From: Simkaniaceae bacterium
Lineage (GTDB): Bacteria > Chlamydiota > Chlamydiia > Chlamydiales > JACRBE01
Reading direction: 5' to 3'
Length of the DNA stretch: 64,000 nt
Assembly: GCA_021734805.1 (NCBI GenBank)
Contig: JAIPIG010000001.1
Coordinates: 15,560-79,559, forward strand
Numbering within the stretch: the stretch's first letter is position 1; each line of letters begins with the position of its first letter. A program made the translations under genes and the position numbers. The notes below the pieces were generated by a model, which was given only the letters and a program-made list of their open reading frames with translations, had not been told where the DNA came from and did no database searches. Below, one piece after another: positions 27,010 to 36,659 of the stretch.

Positions 27010-27555
27010 TCATGTGGGAGTATCTACAACTCGCAGGTGATTCATAAGGTCGTGGAAAAATGGAGCTGACCAAATATCTAGTCTTTGCTTATTTGGGATA
27101 AAGAAGGCAACATCTGCTTTTGCTAATTCCCAATCGATTTCGTCGATTTTTTTGTGTATTTTTTCTAATAGTTCTTTTTCTCCGAACTTTTCATTCGGGT
27201 GCAAATGCTTAGTTTGTTGCATGCGTTCCCTGAGATGAGCTAAATTTACCGGGATATCGCTTTGTATGTACCAGATCACATCATACCAGTCTCGTCCTTT
27301 AATCCGCTTCTTCCAATTTCGGCAAAGAGAAGCATGCATTTTACCTGCAAAAAGATCGATGATTGTATAGGTAGAAATGTAGAAAGGGACCGGATTTTTG
27401 ACTAATTTACTTTCCGGAGGCATATGAGAAAGTGGGGGGTCAGTATCGATTTCAAGTTTGATCTGGATTTTTTGATCGGGATGTACTCCCTTTATTTGGG
27501 GCATATCATCGGGATAACTTTTAAGCATTTGTTCGATGCTGGAATCGAAAGTCAT
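27010..27555 (-). CDS. AbiEii/AbiGii (DUF1814) toxin-family protein, short form apparently lacking the N-terminal nucleotidyltransferase motif
   Basis: KIQIKLEIDTDPP and KGRDWYDVIWY resemble the middle and C-terminal blocks of AbiEii. I cannot find the GG(T/S)AL...R.S.D.D block expected in the first ~90 aa of full-length members. ATGA overlap with the upstream AbiEi gene. Confidence 0.5.
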   Translation of the reverse strand: MTFDSSIEQMLKSYPDDMPQIKGVHPDQKIQIKLEIDTDPPLSHMPPESKLVKNPVPFYISTYTIIDLFAGKMHASLCRNWKKRIKGRDWYDVIWYIQSDIPVNLAHLRERMQQTKHLHPNEKFGEKELLEKIHKKIDEIDWELAKADVAFFIPNKQRLDIWSAPFFHDLMNHLRVVDTPT

Positions 27556-28187
27556 AACATTCCTATAATGTCTGAGAGATAATGGACATGTTTTGCATGG
27601 TAAGATCTTACAATATCATGCAATAACTCCTTATCTAATTCATGTAATCGCTCTTGGTCGATTCGTTTTGACTCTAATAAGTCATCTTTAAGCTGATACT
27701 TATCCAAGTTTTTACATGTCTTAAAGACTATATCGGCTAGCGCCTTTTCGGGACTGGCAATTAAAAAACTTCCGAGATAGTCAGGGTTTTTTTTTTGTGT
27801 GATTCCTATGGAATAACTCTCTGAGGATATGGGATAGTATGAAAAATCTCCTACAGGAGTATGATACTCTTTTTTTCTTCCCAATGTCATGCTAGTAATG
27901 GTGTATGCTCTTTCGGGAATCATTCCGTAAAAGGATAATGCCCATTCCATGCTGACATATGAAGGGCCATAAAGCAGGTTTGCTATCTGTTCAAAAGGGA
28001 TGATTTTTACTGATCCGTGGGTGATTTTTTCACTGATAAGATAGAAGCCATTTTTGAGTCTGATTAATTCTTCATTTTTTAACATTCGCAATATCGCCTC
28101 TCGAGGTCTCTTATAGTCGGATAAAAGCTTAAGAAGCGCCTGTGCATCGATATAGGGAGTTTCAATGAGTTTTAAAATATTTCTCAT
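27552..28187 (-). CDS. AbiEi family (type IV TA) antitoxin / transcriptional regulator
   Basis: N-terminal wHTH pattern ...REAILRMLKNEELIRLKNGFYLI... followed by SYVSMEWALSFYGMIPE, as I recall for AbiEi_3/4 domains. 211 aa. Confidence 0.65.
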   Translation of the reverse strand: MRNILKLIETPYIDAQALLKLLSDYKRPREAILRMLKNEELIRLKNGFYLISEKITHGSVKIIPFEQIANLLYGPSYVSMEWALSFYGMIPERAYTITSMTLGRKKEYHTPVGDFSYYPISSESYSIGITQKKNPDYLGSFLIASPEKALADIVFKTCKNLDKYQLKDDLLESKRIDQERLHELDKELLHDIVRSYHAKHVHYLSDIIGML

Positions 28188-28224
28188 AACATCCTAGATT
28201 ATTGTCTTTTTTTAATTTACCGGT

Positions 28225-28304
28225 ATTCCTATTTTAAATGGGTATTTTAGTAAAAAAATAGAAAAAATTAACCAAAATTCCTATTTTTTATAGGAATTTT
28301 GGTT
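28225..28304. promoter_or_regulatory. Candidate AbiEi operator: repeated ATTCCTATTTT half-sites including a perfect 15-bp-arm palindrome
   Basis: AACCAAAATTCCTAT-ttttt-ATAGGAATTTTGGTT at 28270-28304, plus a third half-site TATTCCTATTTT at 28224-28235. All lie in the 280-bp AT-rich region immediately upstream of the AbiEi start. Confidence 0.4.
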
Positions 28305-28469
28305 AGTGTCTTAACATAAAAACCTTAACTCTTTAATAATGTGATAGTTGAATGGAGCTAAGCTGCAATCTCCTTGGGTCCAAGCTGTCCAACCATATGA
28401 TATAGCCAATATTTCTTGATCCATCAAAAAATCTCCTCGATCCGAAGGAAGAGGTTTTTCAGTGCAAGA

Positions 28470-31379
28470 TCATAAAAAGGTGCCGTCTTTGCGGATGGCA
28501 TCTTGTGTTGTGAGGGTATAATTCACGAGGGTGTTTGAGGTGTCGGATGGCGTTAATTCTACCGGTGCTTCACCGGTTTGTTTCCCTTCAACTAAAACGG
28601 CAAATCGACGTGGATTGTTTTTAGAAACCATATCAATGGCATTTTTTTTGAACGTGGGATAGTCGAGATTTTGAAGTGCTCTAATCTGACGATGAATGCG
28701 CTCGAAATCGCGCTCATATTCAAAAGCAAGGCTATAATCTTTCATTGCTAATTCATCGAGGTTTGCAGCCGGTTGAGAGAGCTCTGCAATGAGGGTTTGA
28801 CGAATCACTTCGAATTTATCCGGCGATAAGGTGGTATCGATATGATTTGTCCACTCATTGAGAAAAATCTCATAACGATTGATGAGATCTTCCGGTTTAT
28901 AGTTTGCCGATTGCACATAGAAAAGATGCATGAGTTCCTTATTCCTCTCAATGCCCTGAGCTCCAACTTGATATCCCGTTTGTTGTTTAGTGCGCAATTC
29001 ATCAAAAAATGAAGAGCCGATTCCTTGGGATAAAATAGAATGAGTTGCCAGCTTTTCGGGATCACTTTCTCCCAATTGGATGAGTAGAATAGTAGAAGAG
29101 CCGAGTTGAGTGGAGCGGCCCTTAATCTGCAGAGGAGATTGATCTTGAGGAAAACGGATGAGTTTGCGCTTTGCCAAATCGACTTGAGTAAAAGGCGCTC
29201 CACCTAAAGTTTGATTCATCTGAGAATAAAGGCTTGTCGCCTCTTTAGGATATAAGTTGCCGGCCATATAGGCTTTGAGGTAAGTACGGTCAAATAAATG
29301 GCTTGTAAAGTCTATAAAGTCCTCATATTGAAGGGAAAGCAGCATTTTTTCTTTGTCTGAAGAAAGGTATTCATTGTTATAGAGCGTTGTATTTAAGAGT
29401 TCTATGCCTTTTCGAATGGGTTGTGCTTTTTCAGCATTTTGATACTGGATCACTAGGAGTTGTTTATATAGATCAAACTCATGACGGGTGATATGGGGTG
29501 ATTTCATGATCCGGGTGCATTCAAGCATGACCTTAGAGGCATTTTGACTATAGCCACTAAGACTTATCATCAGATCTTCTTTATCAGCACTTGAGCCTAT
29601 ACCGACTGTGATTCCGGCAGCACTACTCATCGATTGAATGGGGGTGAGTTTTTGGGACAAGATCATAGTATAAAGAGATGTACATACATTGGATGTCAGA
29701 GAAGGGTTTACAGAGGGCGTTGAGATGGAGACAATTAAAGAACTTTCCGGTGTCAAAAACCCGGGATCTGCTCTATAAAATAGGGCTCCACCTTCTTGAT
29801 CAATGAATATTTGAGGCGTATCTTGTTGCTGAGTATCTGAGCGCTCAATCAGGGCTAAATGCGTTGGCATGAAAGGGTTAGAGTCTTGGATTCTAATATC
29901 GGTTGCAAGCGGGACATGAGAGAGCTTTTGGAGTTCATTTTGTGAAATGGAGTCAGTTGTATATTCGATACCATAGTATTCTTCGACTTGATCATATTGA
30001 ACGACTTCATCTTGAGGAGCACAGACAATAGTTAGGCATTGATCAGGCGTAAGTGCGGATAAGATTTCCCGGATAAGATGCGGATTATAAGAGGGGATAA
30101 TGCGTGTTTCTTCCGGGAAGGTTGCAAAGTTTTCATACTGTAAATTGGCTGCCATCTCCATGACCATCATGAAGGGATCGTTGGGGCGATTTTCAAATTC
30201 ATAATTGAGGGTTTGCATGGTTTGCATTTCTTGAAAGAGGTATGAGGGAAGTGGCTTAGTTTTCAAAGCTGCTATGGTTTGATAGATTTTTTCAATGACG
30301 GCTTCTTTATCATCGAGTCCTTTTTCAGTGAGGCCGATTGAGATTGTGAAGAGGATATTGTTATCACTGAGTCGAAAGGCTCCGGCATCAATTGAATCGA
30401 TTAGATGTTGTTTTAGGAGGGATTGATACAGGCTTCCCTCCATTTTGCTTTCAAGAAGAGAGGCAATAAAGTTAGCTGACATGAGATTGAGTTGCGTTCC
30501 CTTTTTAAAGGGGATTTCCCAAGTGAGATCGAGCTGTTTGATGTTTTGAATGGGTTTGACGGAAACAACATGGCCTTTTTGCTGATTAGAGAAAATGAGT
30601 TGATATTGTTTAGAGGGGCCTTTGCGATGGGGAATATTGATAAAAGTTTGACTACACGTTTCTGTCATCGCATCGAGCGTTTCGTTAGAGTAGAGGCAGA
30701 GTGTCATATATTCGGGGGCATAATTTTCCTCAAACCATGCATGTAAAGTTTCCGGAGGAATTTTGCTGAGTGTTTGAGAATTTCCGGTACTAAATCGGGA
30801 AAAGGGGTGCTCTTTTGCGGATGTGGTGCTTAAAATGCGCCACTTTCTACGCGAATCGCTGTTATTATAAATCGTATTTTCATTATCCACAGCTTTATAC
30901 TCGCGTTCCACACAAGACTGAGATAGGAGAGGGGAGACAAAAAATTGTGAGAGCCGGTCTAAAAATTCCGGGAAGGCATCGTTGTTAATGGAGGCGCCAT
31001 AGACTGTATAATCAGTTGAAGTCCAAGCATTATTTGTCCCGCCATGATCGGCAATAAAGTGGTGATATTCCTCTTCATTTGGATATTTGCTATTCCCCAT
31101 AAAGAGCATGTGTTCTAGAAAGTGGGCTGTTCCCGGATAAGCATCGGGATCTTGCCATTGTCCTACTTTAACGGACAGAGCTGCTGATGATTTAATGGCA
31201 TTCGGATCGGAAATCATATAGACTTTGATCCCATTATTGAGCAAAATTTTACGCGTTGTAATATTTTGCATGGACGGGGATTTTCTCTGCAATTGGCATT
31301 GATCTTCAATGATCGTATAATTCAGAGCGGAAATTTGAGATAAAACTAAAAAAGATAATGCAAAAACAAATTGTTTCAT
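28470..31379 (-). CDS. Secreted insulinase-family (M16) zinc metalloprotease, pitrilysin-like
   Basis: HFLEHMLFMG (HxxEH inverted zincin motif). Signal peptide MKQFVFALSFLVLSQISA. 969 aa. Confidence 0.88.
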   Translation of the reverse strand: MKQFVFALSFLVLSQISALNYTIIEDQCQLQRKSPSMQNITTRKILLNNGIKVYMISDPNAIKSSAALSVKVGQWQDPDAYPGTAHFLEHMLFMGNSKYPNEEEYHHFIADHGGTNNAWTSTDYTVYGASINNDAFPEFLDRLSQFFVSPLLSQSCVEREYKAVDNENTIYNNSDSRRKWRILSTTSAKEHPFSRFSTGNSQTLSKIPPETLHAWFEENYAPEYMTLCLYSNETLDAMTETCSQTFINIPHRKGPSKQYQLIFSNQQKGHVVSVKPIQNIKQLDLTWEIPFKKGTQLNLMSANFIASLLESKMEGSLYQSLLKQHLIDSIDAGAFRLSDNNILFTISIGLTEKGLDDKEAVIEKIYQTIAALKTKPLPSYLFQEMQTMQTLNYEFENRPNDPFMMVMEMAANLQYENFATFPEETRIIPSYNPHLIREILSALTPDQCLTIVCAPQDEVVQYDQVEEYYGIEYTTDSISQNELQKLSHVPLATDIRIQDSNPFMPTHLALIERSDTQQQDTPQIFIDQEGGALFYRADPGFLTPESSLIVSISTPSVNPSLTSNVCTSLYTMILSQKLTPIQSMSSAAGITVGIGSSADKEDLMISLSGYSQNASKVMLECTRIMKSPHITRHEFDLYKQLLVIQYQNAEKAQPIRKGIELLNTTLYNNEYLSSDKEKMLLSLQYEDFIDFTSHLFDRTYLKAYMAGNLYPKEATSLYSQMNQTLGGAPFTQVDLAKRKLIRFPQDQSPLQIKGRSTQLGSSTILLIQLGESDPEKLATHSILSQGIGSSFFDELRTKQQTGYQVGAQGIERNKELMHLFYVQSANYKPEDLINRYEIFLNEWTNHIDTTLSPDKFEVIRQTLIAELSQPAANLDELAMKDYSLAFEYERDFERIHRQIRALQNLDYPTFKKNAIDMVSKNNPRRFAVLVEGKQTGEAPVELTPSDTSNTLVNYTLTTQDAIRKDGTFL

Positions 31380-31488
31380 AACCCCCCCATAGCAAAGTAA
31401 ATAGAATCACTTTCGGTATACTATAAGAGGCTTAAGTGTTTCAACTTTTATTTCGTTATCAGGCATCTTTTTGTGCAATCAAACACTA

Positions 31489-31653
31489 AGTGTCTAATTG
31501 CAAAAATCCGCCGGCTTATTTTGATCATCTTTTCCCGCCTGATGGTCTGTAAAAGTTCAGAGTGACTCACTCAAGTCTACCCTGAACTTTTACAGACCAT
31601 CAGACAGAAAAACCTGATCAAAATAAGCTCGGGGACTTTTGCAATTAAACACT
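31489..31653. repeat. 165-bp long imperfect inverted repeat (hairpin-forming element) abutting the acyltransferase stop codon
   Basis: The left arm AGTGTCTAATTGCAAAAATCCGCCGGCTTATTTTGATCA...GATGGTCTGTAAAAGTTCAG pairs with the right arm CCTGAACTTTTACAGACCATC...TGATCAAAATAAGCTCGGGGACTTTTGCAATTAAACACT. The loop is about 20 nt. Confidence 0.85.
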
Positions 31654-32659
31654 AGTAATTGACATTAAAATTGTCATAGGCCGTTTTAACGAGGTTAAAA
31701 ATATAATCCGTTTTCACTTTGCGTTGACTATGTTTATCTAAATGATCAAGGCCCGGGATATGTTCCATATCAATGGCTGTTCCGAAGTGAATGTGGGTGG
31801 CGCCACCTCGAGTGACCCGTTTTTCACCGAGTTCGATTTGGGTTGTTTCAGGAGGGGGGAGAACTGAATAGGTTGCCAAACTTAAAGGGAAGAAATGGGT
31901 CTTTGTTTTTGATCTTTTAGCCATGAGATAAAACATCTCAATACTTTGAGGATCAAAAGGGGCGAGTTCTACAATCCCTTGTGCATTGGGGCGATCTCTT
32001 CCTCCTGAAGGAGCAACATAAATGCATTTTCCTCCTTCAGTGAGAAGCTCGCTCATGAGTTGCATAGTTTTTTTGTTGTGTAATTGCTTTTTATCGCGAT
32101 GTTCCGGAGGTGTATCGATATATTTTTTTGAGTAGATGCAGAGCAAATTACGGCCGATGCTAAAGGGAGCGGCAAGTGGATCAACGAGGACGCGCTCTCC
32201 TGCGACAAAAATCATCTTTTCAGCTAAGGCCGGGAAGTTTTCTTCTAGCATAATGCTAATGACTTGAGGATCAGCCTCAATTTGATGATTCGCAAATAAT
32301 ATGGCATTTTCTTTATGCTTTATTGCTTGATCAATGGCCCGGATCGATGCGCTTCCCGTTAAAGTCGATTCACTTAATTTAATCAGGGGTGAAATGAAAT
32401 CAATCCCAAGCTGATAGTAATCAATAGGATGCCTTATCATTTGATGGTAGGGAGGGAAAACATAAGGGGAAAGAATTTGCTTTTCAATGGCAGATAGGAT
32501 TCTTGTCATTGATTCAATCAATTCATCGATGTTTTTTCCATTTGAAAGAGCCACTTCTTCATAACTTTCAAGAAAAGAATCGAGAACATGAAGTAATTTT
32601 CCTGATATCGTCTGTCTTTTTTGATAGGGAATTAAAAGATCTTTTAAATGGCGCGCCAT
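31652..32659 (-). CDS. Glycerol-3-phosphate 1-O-acyltransferase, soluble plastid/chlamydial type
   Basis: FANHQIEADPQV (the NHQxEADP form of the H(X)4D block) and YVAPSGGRDR, both as in plant ATS1-type GPAT. 335 aa. Confidence 0.85.
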   Translation of the reverse strand: MARHLKDLLIPYQKRQTISGKLLHVLDSFLESYEEVALSNGKNIDELIESMTRILSAIEKQILSPYVFPPYHQMIRHPIDYYQLGIDFISPLIKLSESTLTGSASIRAIDQAIKHKENAILFANHQIEADPQVISIMLEENFPALAEKMIFVAGERVLVDPLAAPFSIGRNLLCIYSKKYIDTPPEHRDKKQLHNKKTMQLMSELLTEGGKCIYVAPSGGRDRPNAQGIVELAPFDPQSIEMFYLMAKRSKTKTHFFPLSLATYSVLPPPETTQIELGEKRVTRGGATHIHFGTAIDMEHIPGLDHLDKHSQRKVKTDYIFNLVKTAYDNFNVNY

Positions 32660-34215
32660 TAGGTTTCAATTAACTCCTTCTCTTCTGTGGAATAAAATTG
32701 ATAATCATTTAAATGAAGGGTATCGCTTATACCGAATTCAATGTGGCACTGCCACTTTTTAGCAAGTCTTATAAAATGCTCTTTATCATTGGTTGTTAAA
32801 TAATGGTCAAGCATTGGATGATATGTCAATTTTAAAGACGGGTATTTTTGTTGGGATAAAAGTTTAGTTAAAGCTCTTTCCATTTCAATTGAAACGCTCT
32901 CATGGTTTTTAATCATGCCATTGCCATTGCAATAGGGGCAATTCGTGAATAGGGTTTGCGCAAGCGATTCGCGGTTGCGTTGGCGCGTCATTTCTACAAG
33001 ACCAAATTCGCTCATTCCCAATACGGTGCATCTAGCAGAGTCTTCTTTAAGGGCCTCTTTAAATTTGTCGAGAACGCGTCGCTGGTTTTTGCGGGTTTGC
33101 ATATCAATAAAGTCACAGATGACAAGTCCACCGACATTGCGGATTTTAAGTTGTCTTGCAATTTCTTCCGCTGCTTCCATATTGATTTTGACAAGCGTTT
33201 CATCAACATTATGGGTTCCATCGGATTTGTGTGTGCTTCGACCCGAGTTGACATCTATCGTATGCATCGCTTCCGTGCGATCAAAGAAGAGATAACCTCC
33301 ACTTGGAAGCCATATTTTTCTCTTGAGTGCTTTTTCAATTTCCCTTTCCACATTGAATCGCTCAAACATAGGGGTTGAGTCGCGGTATAGCTCGATTTTG
33401 ACCTTATGATCACCTGCATATTTGTCGTGAAGCTTTACTAAAATTTGATGGACTTTGGCGTTGTCAACGAGAAGCTTGTCAAAATGTTTGTCAATCGCTG
33501 TCATTAGGGCTTTTTTGATCAGATCTGATTCTTGATAAAGACATGTGGCTCGATCTGTGCGATGAAAATCTTCAACGATTGTATTCCATTGCTTTGTCAA
33601 TTCCGTTGCTTCCTCAATCAGTTGTTCCGTTGTCGCGCCGGCACTAGCCGTACGACAAATGAGACCAAAATCTTTTGGCATTTCAAAAGCGCGGATCAAT
33701 TTTTTTAAACGATCTCTTGCCCGTGGATCTTGGATTTTACGCGACACCCCTTTATGTGGGTTATTCGGAAGCATCACAAGATAGCGACCCGCAAGGGAGA
33801 TGTTGGATGTGAGGCGGGCCCCTTTTGAGCCAATAGGTTCTTTCACAACCTGAACTAAAACAGACTGATCTTTTTTGAGTAATTTGGAGATATCCTCTTC
33901 CTGCTGCTTCTTAGGACTATAATTGCTAATATCAGCATCGAGATCAAAATCCATATCGAACATTTCCTGGAATTTTTGTGTATTTTCCAAAATGTCCGAA
34001 ATATGGATAAATCCATTTTCGCCTTCGCTAATATCAATAAAAGCTGATTGAATATTGCGAAGGATATTCATCACTTTGCCTTTATAAATATTACCGGTTA
34101 ATTGCCGGCTCTTTTTGCGTTCAACAATTAAATCCTGAAGCTGACCTGCTTTTAAAATGGCAAGCCGCATTTCTTTTGATTCAATATTCAAAAGTATAAC
34201 TTTATTTGAGCTCAA
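32659..34215 (-). CDS. rng: Ribonuclease G (RNase E/G family)
   Basis: S1 domain GNIYKGKVMNILRNIQSAFIDI. Catalytic core with IDVNSGR. 518 aa. TTG start with GAGGA 7 nt upstream. Confidence 0.88.
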   Translation of the reverse strand: MSSNKVILLNIESKEMRLAILKAGQLQDLIVERKKSRQLTGNIYKGKVMNILRNIQSAFIDISEGENGFIHISDILENTQKFQEMFDMDFDLDADISNYSPKKQQEEDISKLLKKDQSVLVQVVKEPIGSKGARLTSNISLAGRYLVMLPNNPHKGVSRKIQDPRARDRLKKLIRAFEMPKDFGLICRTASAGATTEQLIEEATELTKQWNTIVEDFHRTDRATCLYQESDLIKKALMTAIDKHFDKLLVDNAKVHQILVKLHDKYAGDHKVKIELYRDSTPMFERFNVEREIEKALKRKIWLPSGGYLFFDRTEAMHTIDVNSGRSTHKSDGTHNVDETLVKINMEAAEEIARQLKIRNVGGLVICDFIDMQTRKNQRRVLDKFKEALKEDSARCTVLGMSEFGLVEMTRQRNRESLAQTLFTNCPYCNGNGMIKNHESVSIEMERALTKLLSQQKYPSLKLTYHPMLDHYLTTNDKEHFIRLAKKWQCHIEFGISDTLHLNDYQFYSTEEKELIET

Positions 34216-34252
34216 ACTAAATCCTCATATCAAACTAGATAAAATCTCAGTA

Positions 34253-34427
34253 TATACCGAAATAAATTGAAGAATTGGTTTTTATCTTCACTGGCATCTT
34301 CGACTTTTTATTCATAATTTTTCGAGCTATCTTCAATAGGATCAAAAAATTATGCCGGCTAAAGCCTAATAAAAATTCAAAGCGCCATCTTTGCTAAAAC
34401 CCCAACTCTTCAACTCATTTCGGTATA
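34253..34427 (+). mobile_element. MITE-like element, copy 2
   Basis: Near-identical to 8998-9171 over its full length. It is followed head-to-head by an extra partial terminal repeat. Confidence 0.85.
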
Positions 34428-34875
34428 TACCGAAATGAGTTGGGTCAATATTATCTAGATGCCTTAAAAAATTGATTTATACATAAACAAACTCAAAAGT
34501 TAAAACGATGCCAATGAGGCACTTTAAATTCGAGTTAGGCGCACTCAACGCCGAGTGATTAAACTAAAAAAAAGTCTATCCATGTCAAGCGAAACTAGCT
34601 TTTGAGTTCGTTTGTGTATATATACAGCTCGTGATTCAAGAGTTGTTTTTTTTTGTCGCCGGCATCCCCACTTGAGTAGAAGAGCCTCTGGCTTAATCGA
34701 CCATTGCTTTCGCTGGCTTCTAAACATTCCAATTTTTGAATCACGAGAGGTGTGGTGCTCCTAAAAAAAAGAACCATATCTCCCATAAAATTGGAAAGCA
34801 ATAAAAAATGATTATAGCTTGATTTTTGAAAATAATCAAGTAGATACCTACTCAGTGGGATTGCAGCTAGGGCTT

Positions 34876-35895
34876 TTATTCAAAATGAAAATTAATGTTT
34901 TCTATGAGCTTTTCTTTAATCAGGTTCATCGCTTCTTGAATTGCATTGAATATCGATTGGGTGTCGGAATAACTATGGCATTTGATGACAATTCCATCAC
35001 AACCGATAAGAAGAGCGCCCGGGTAGGCTTCATGGCAAAAGTGCTCTTCAAGCTCCTCGACAAGGTGCGAGATTTGAGGATTGGGTTTCGATTCGAGTAA
35101 GCTCTTGATTTCATGAATTAAAAAGGCAGACGTGGCTTCAGCCGTTTTTAAAAAAATATTTCCGGTGAAGCCTTCGGTAATTAATACGTCAACTTTGCCT
35201 TCAAAGACATCATGGCTTTCCATATTTCCCAAAAAATTGGAGAGTTTATTGGGATTGTCCTGCGATTTAATTGCAATGTGATGATGCGCTTGTCTGATTT
35301 CTAGCGTTCCCTTGACTTCTTCCGTTCCGATATTGAGAATCCCAACTCTAGGGTTGGCGATACCTCGCGTTTTTTGGAAGGCAACGCCCATTTCGGCAAA
35401 TTCTACAAATTGATGGGGTTTGCATGTCACATTAGCGCCCACATCAATCACAGCAACGGGATTTTTTTTTGTTGGCATCATTGCAATAAGGGCGGGGCGT
35501 GTTGTCCCCTTGAGGAGATTAAGAGTCAAAGTGCTTAGAGTGAGAAGAGCTCCCGTATTCCCGATGCTGATGAATGCATCGATCTCTTTGTGTTTGAGGG
35601 CATTGACCCCCAGGTGCATGGATGAATTCTTTTTTGTTTTAACGGCGGTAATGGGGTGTTCATCCAGCTGAATGATCTCAGATGCAGAGACAAAAGAAAC
35701 GCGAATAAAATCCGCAAAAGGGGATTCTATGAGTCGTTTAGAATACGAATCAGACAGATCTGCTGTCACAAAAAAGACGAGATGAATGGGCATTTTGATT
35801 TGAGAAATACAGTCAAAAAGCCCATTTAATAGGTCTTGTGGGGATCGTTCTCCTCCCAAGATATCAACGCCAATCGTGGGACAGTTTTCAGTCAT
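34876..35895 (-). CDS. plsX: Phosphate acyltransferase PlsX
   Basis: N-terminal TIGVDILGGERSP, typical length, and position upstream-adjacent to rpmF. Confidence 0.9.
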   Translation of the reverse strand: MTENCPTIGVDILGGERSPQDLLNGLFDCISQIKMPIHLVFFVTADLSDSYSKRLIESPFADFIRVSFVSASEIIQLDEHPITAVKTKKNSSMHLGVNALKHKEIDAFISIGNTGALLTLSTLTLNLLKGTTRPALIAMMPTKKNPVAVIDVGANVTCKPHQFVEFAEMGVAFQKTRGIANPRVGILNIGTEEVKGTLEIRQAHHHIAIKSQDNPNKLSNFLGNMESHDVFEGKVDVLITEGFTGNIFLKTAEATSAFLIHEIKSLLESKPNPQISHLVEELEEHFCHEAYPGALLIGCDGIVIKCHSYSDTQSIFNAIQEAMNLIKEKLIENINFHFE

Positions 35896-35898
35896 AGA

Positions 35899-36090
35899 TT
35901 ATGCGTTATCGCCACTCTGCCCAGCAATAAGTGAGCGGTTATTGTAGTGGCCACAATGCATACATGCGCGGTGAGGGAGGTGGATTTTCCCACAGTTTGT
36001 ACATTCGCATGTTGCTCTTTGTTTTTTTGCATGGTGCGCGCGTCTGCTGTTTCTTCGCGCTGTAGAGACTCTGTTTCTTGGGACTGCCAT
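35899..36090 (-). CDS. rpmF: 50S ribosomal protein L32
   Basis: MAVPRNRVSTARRNSRRAHHAK start and CxxC...CxxC zinc ribbon (CTNCGK...CMHCGHY). Confidence 0.92.
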   Translation of the reverse strand: MAVPRNRVSTARRNSRRAHHAKKQRATCECTNCGKIHLPHRACMHCGHYNNRSLIAGQSGDNA

Positions 36091-36120
36091 TTGGTCAACT
36101 CCGTATAGTTATAAAAAGGG

Positions 36121-36645
36121 TTAAATTCCTTCTAAATCGGCAAAAGGGTGATAGGAATTTCCCTCGCGATCATCGCTTTTTTTTAAATATTTTTTTGCTT
36201 CGGCTCTTCCTTCGCATTCTTCTTGAGGACATTCATAATAAGTAGGAAGCTCAAGTAAGATTAACTCTCGGATTACGAGAGACAAATCAAAAAGACCATT
36301 TTTTATTTCATCAAGGGGATGGGTATAATAATGTCCTTTAATTTGAATAGGGAAGCGTTTTAATTCGTTACACATTTTACATGGCATTTGCGCTGTAGTT
36401 TCAATATCAATATGAATAATGAGATGTTCCTCAGTCAAATAGACTTTTCCTGAAAAAGTGACCTCATCCGGGAAAAAGAGCTCATTTTCATCGATTTTCA
36501 TAAAATCAGGAGGGACGGTACATGATATGGTTTCATCATGTCCGGCTTTCAAACGATCAATGTAAATAATGAAAAGATCTTCCACGCAATTTATGCCAAT
36601 AAATTCAATGGCTAGATTGTAATCAAGAGCGTGAAAAAAATCCAC
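36121..36645 (-). CDS. yceD: YceD/DUF177 family ribosome-maturation protein
   Basis: Position immediately upstream of rpmF. CKMCNE...ECPQEEC pattern and terminal HPFADL. GTG start. Confidence 0.7.
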   Translation of the reverse strand: MDFFHALDYNLAIEFIGINCVEDLFIIYIDRLKAGHDETISCTVPPDFMKIDENELFFPDEVTFSGKVYLTEEHLIIHIDIETTAQMPCKMCNELKRFPIQIKGHYYTHPLDEIKNGLFDLSLVIRELILLELPTYYECPQEECEGRAEAKKYLKKSDDREGNSYHPFADLEGI

Positions 36646-36659
36646 AATTCAAATTTTTT

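Noticed and set aside
34819-35100. 93-aa + strand ORF, with similar antisense ORFs inside plsX, rng, mutS, uvrC, uvrD, pheT, prfB, the M16 protease and glyQS
   Set aside because: All lie antisense to or out of frame with long genes that have clear family motifs. None has an RBS or a recognisable motif.
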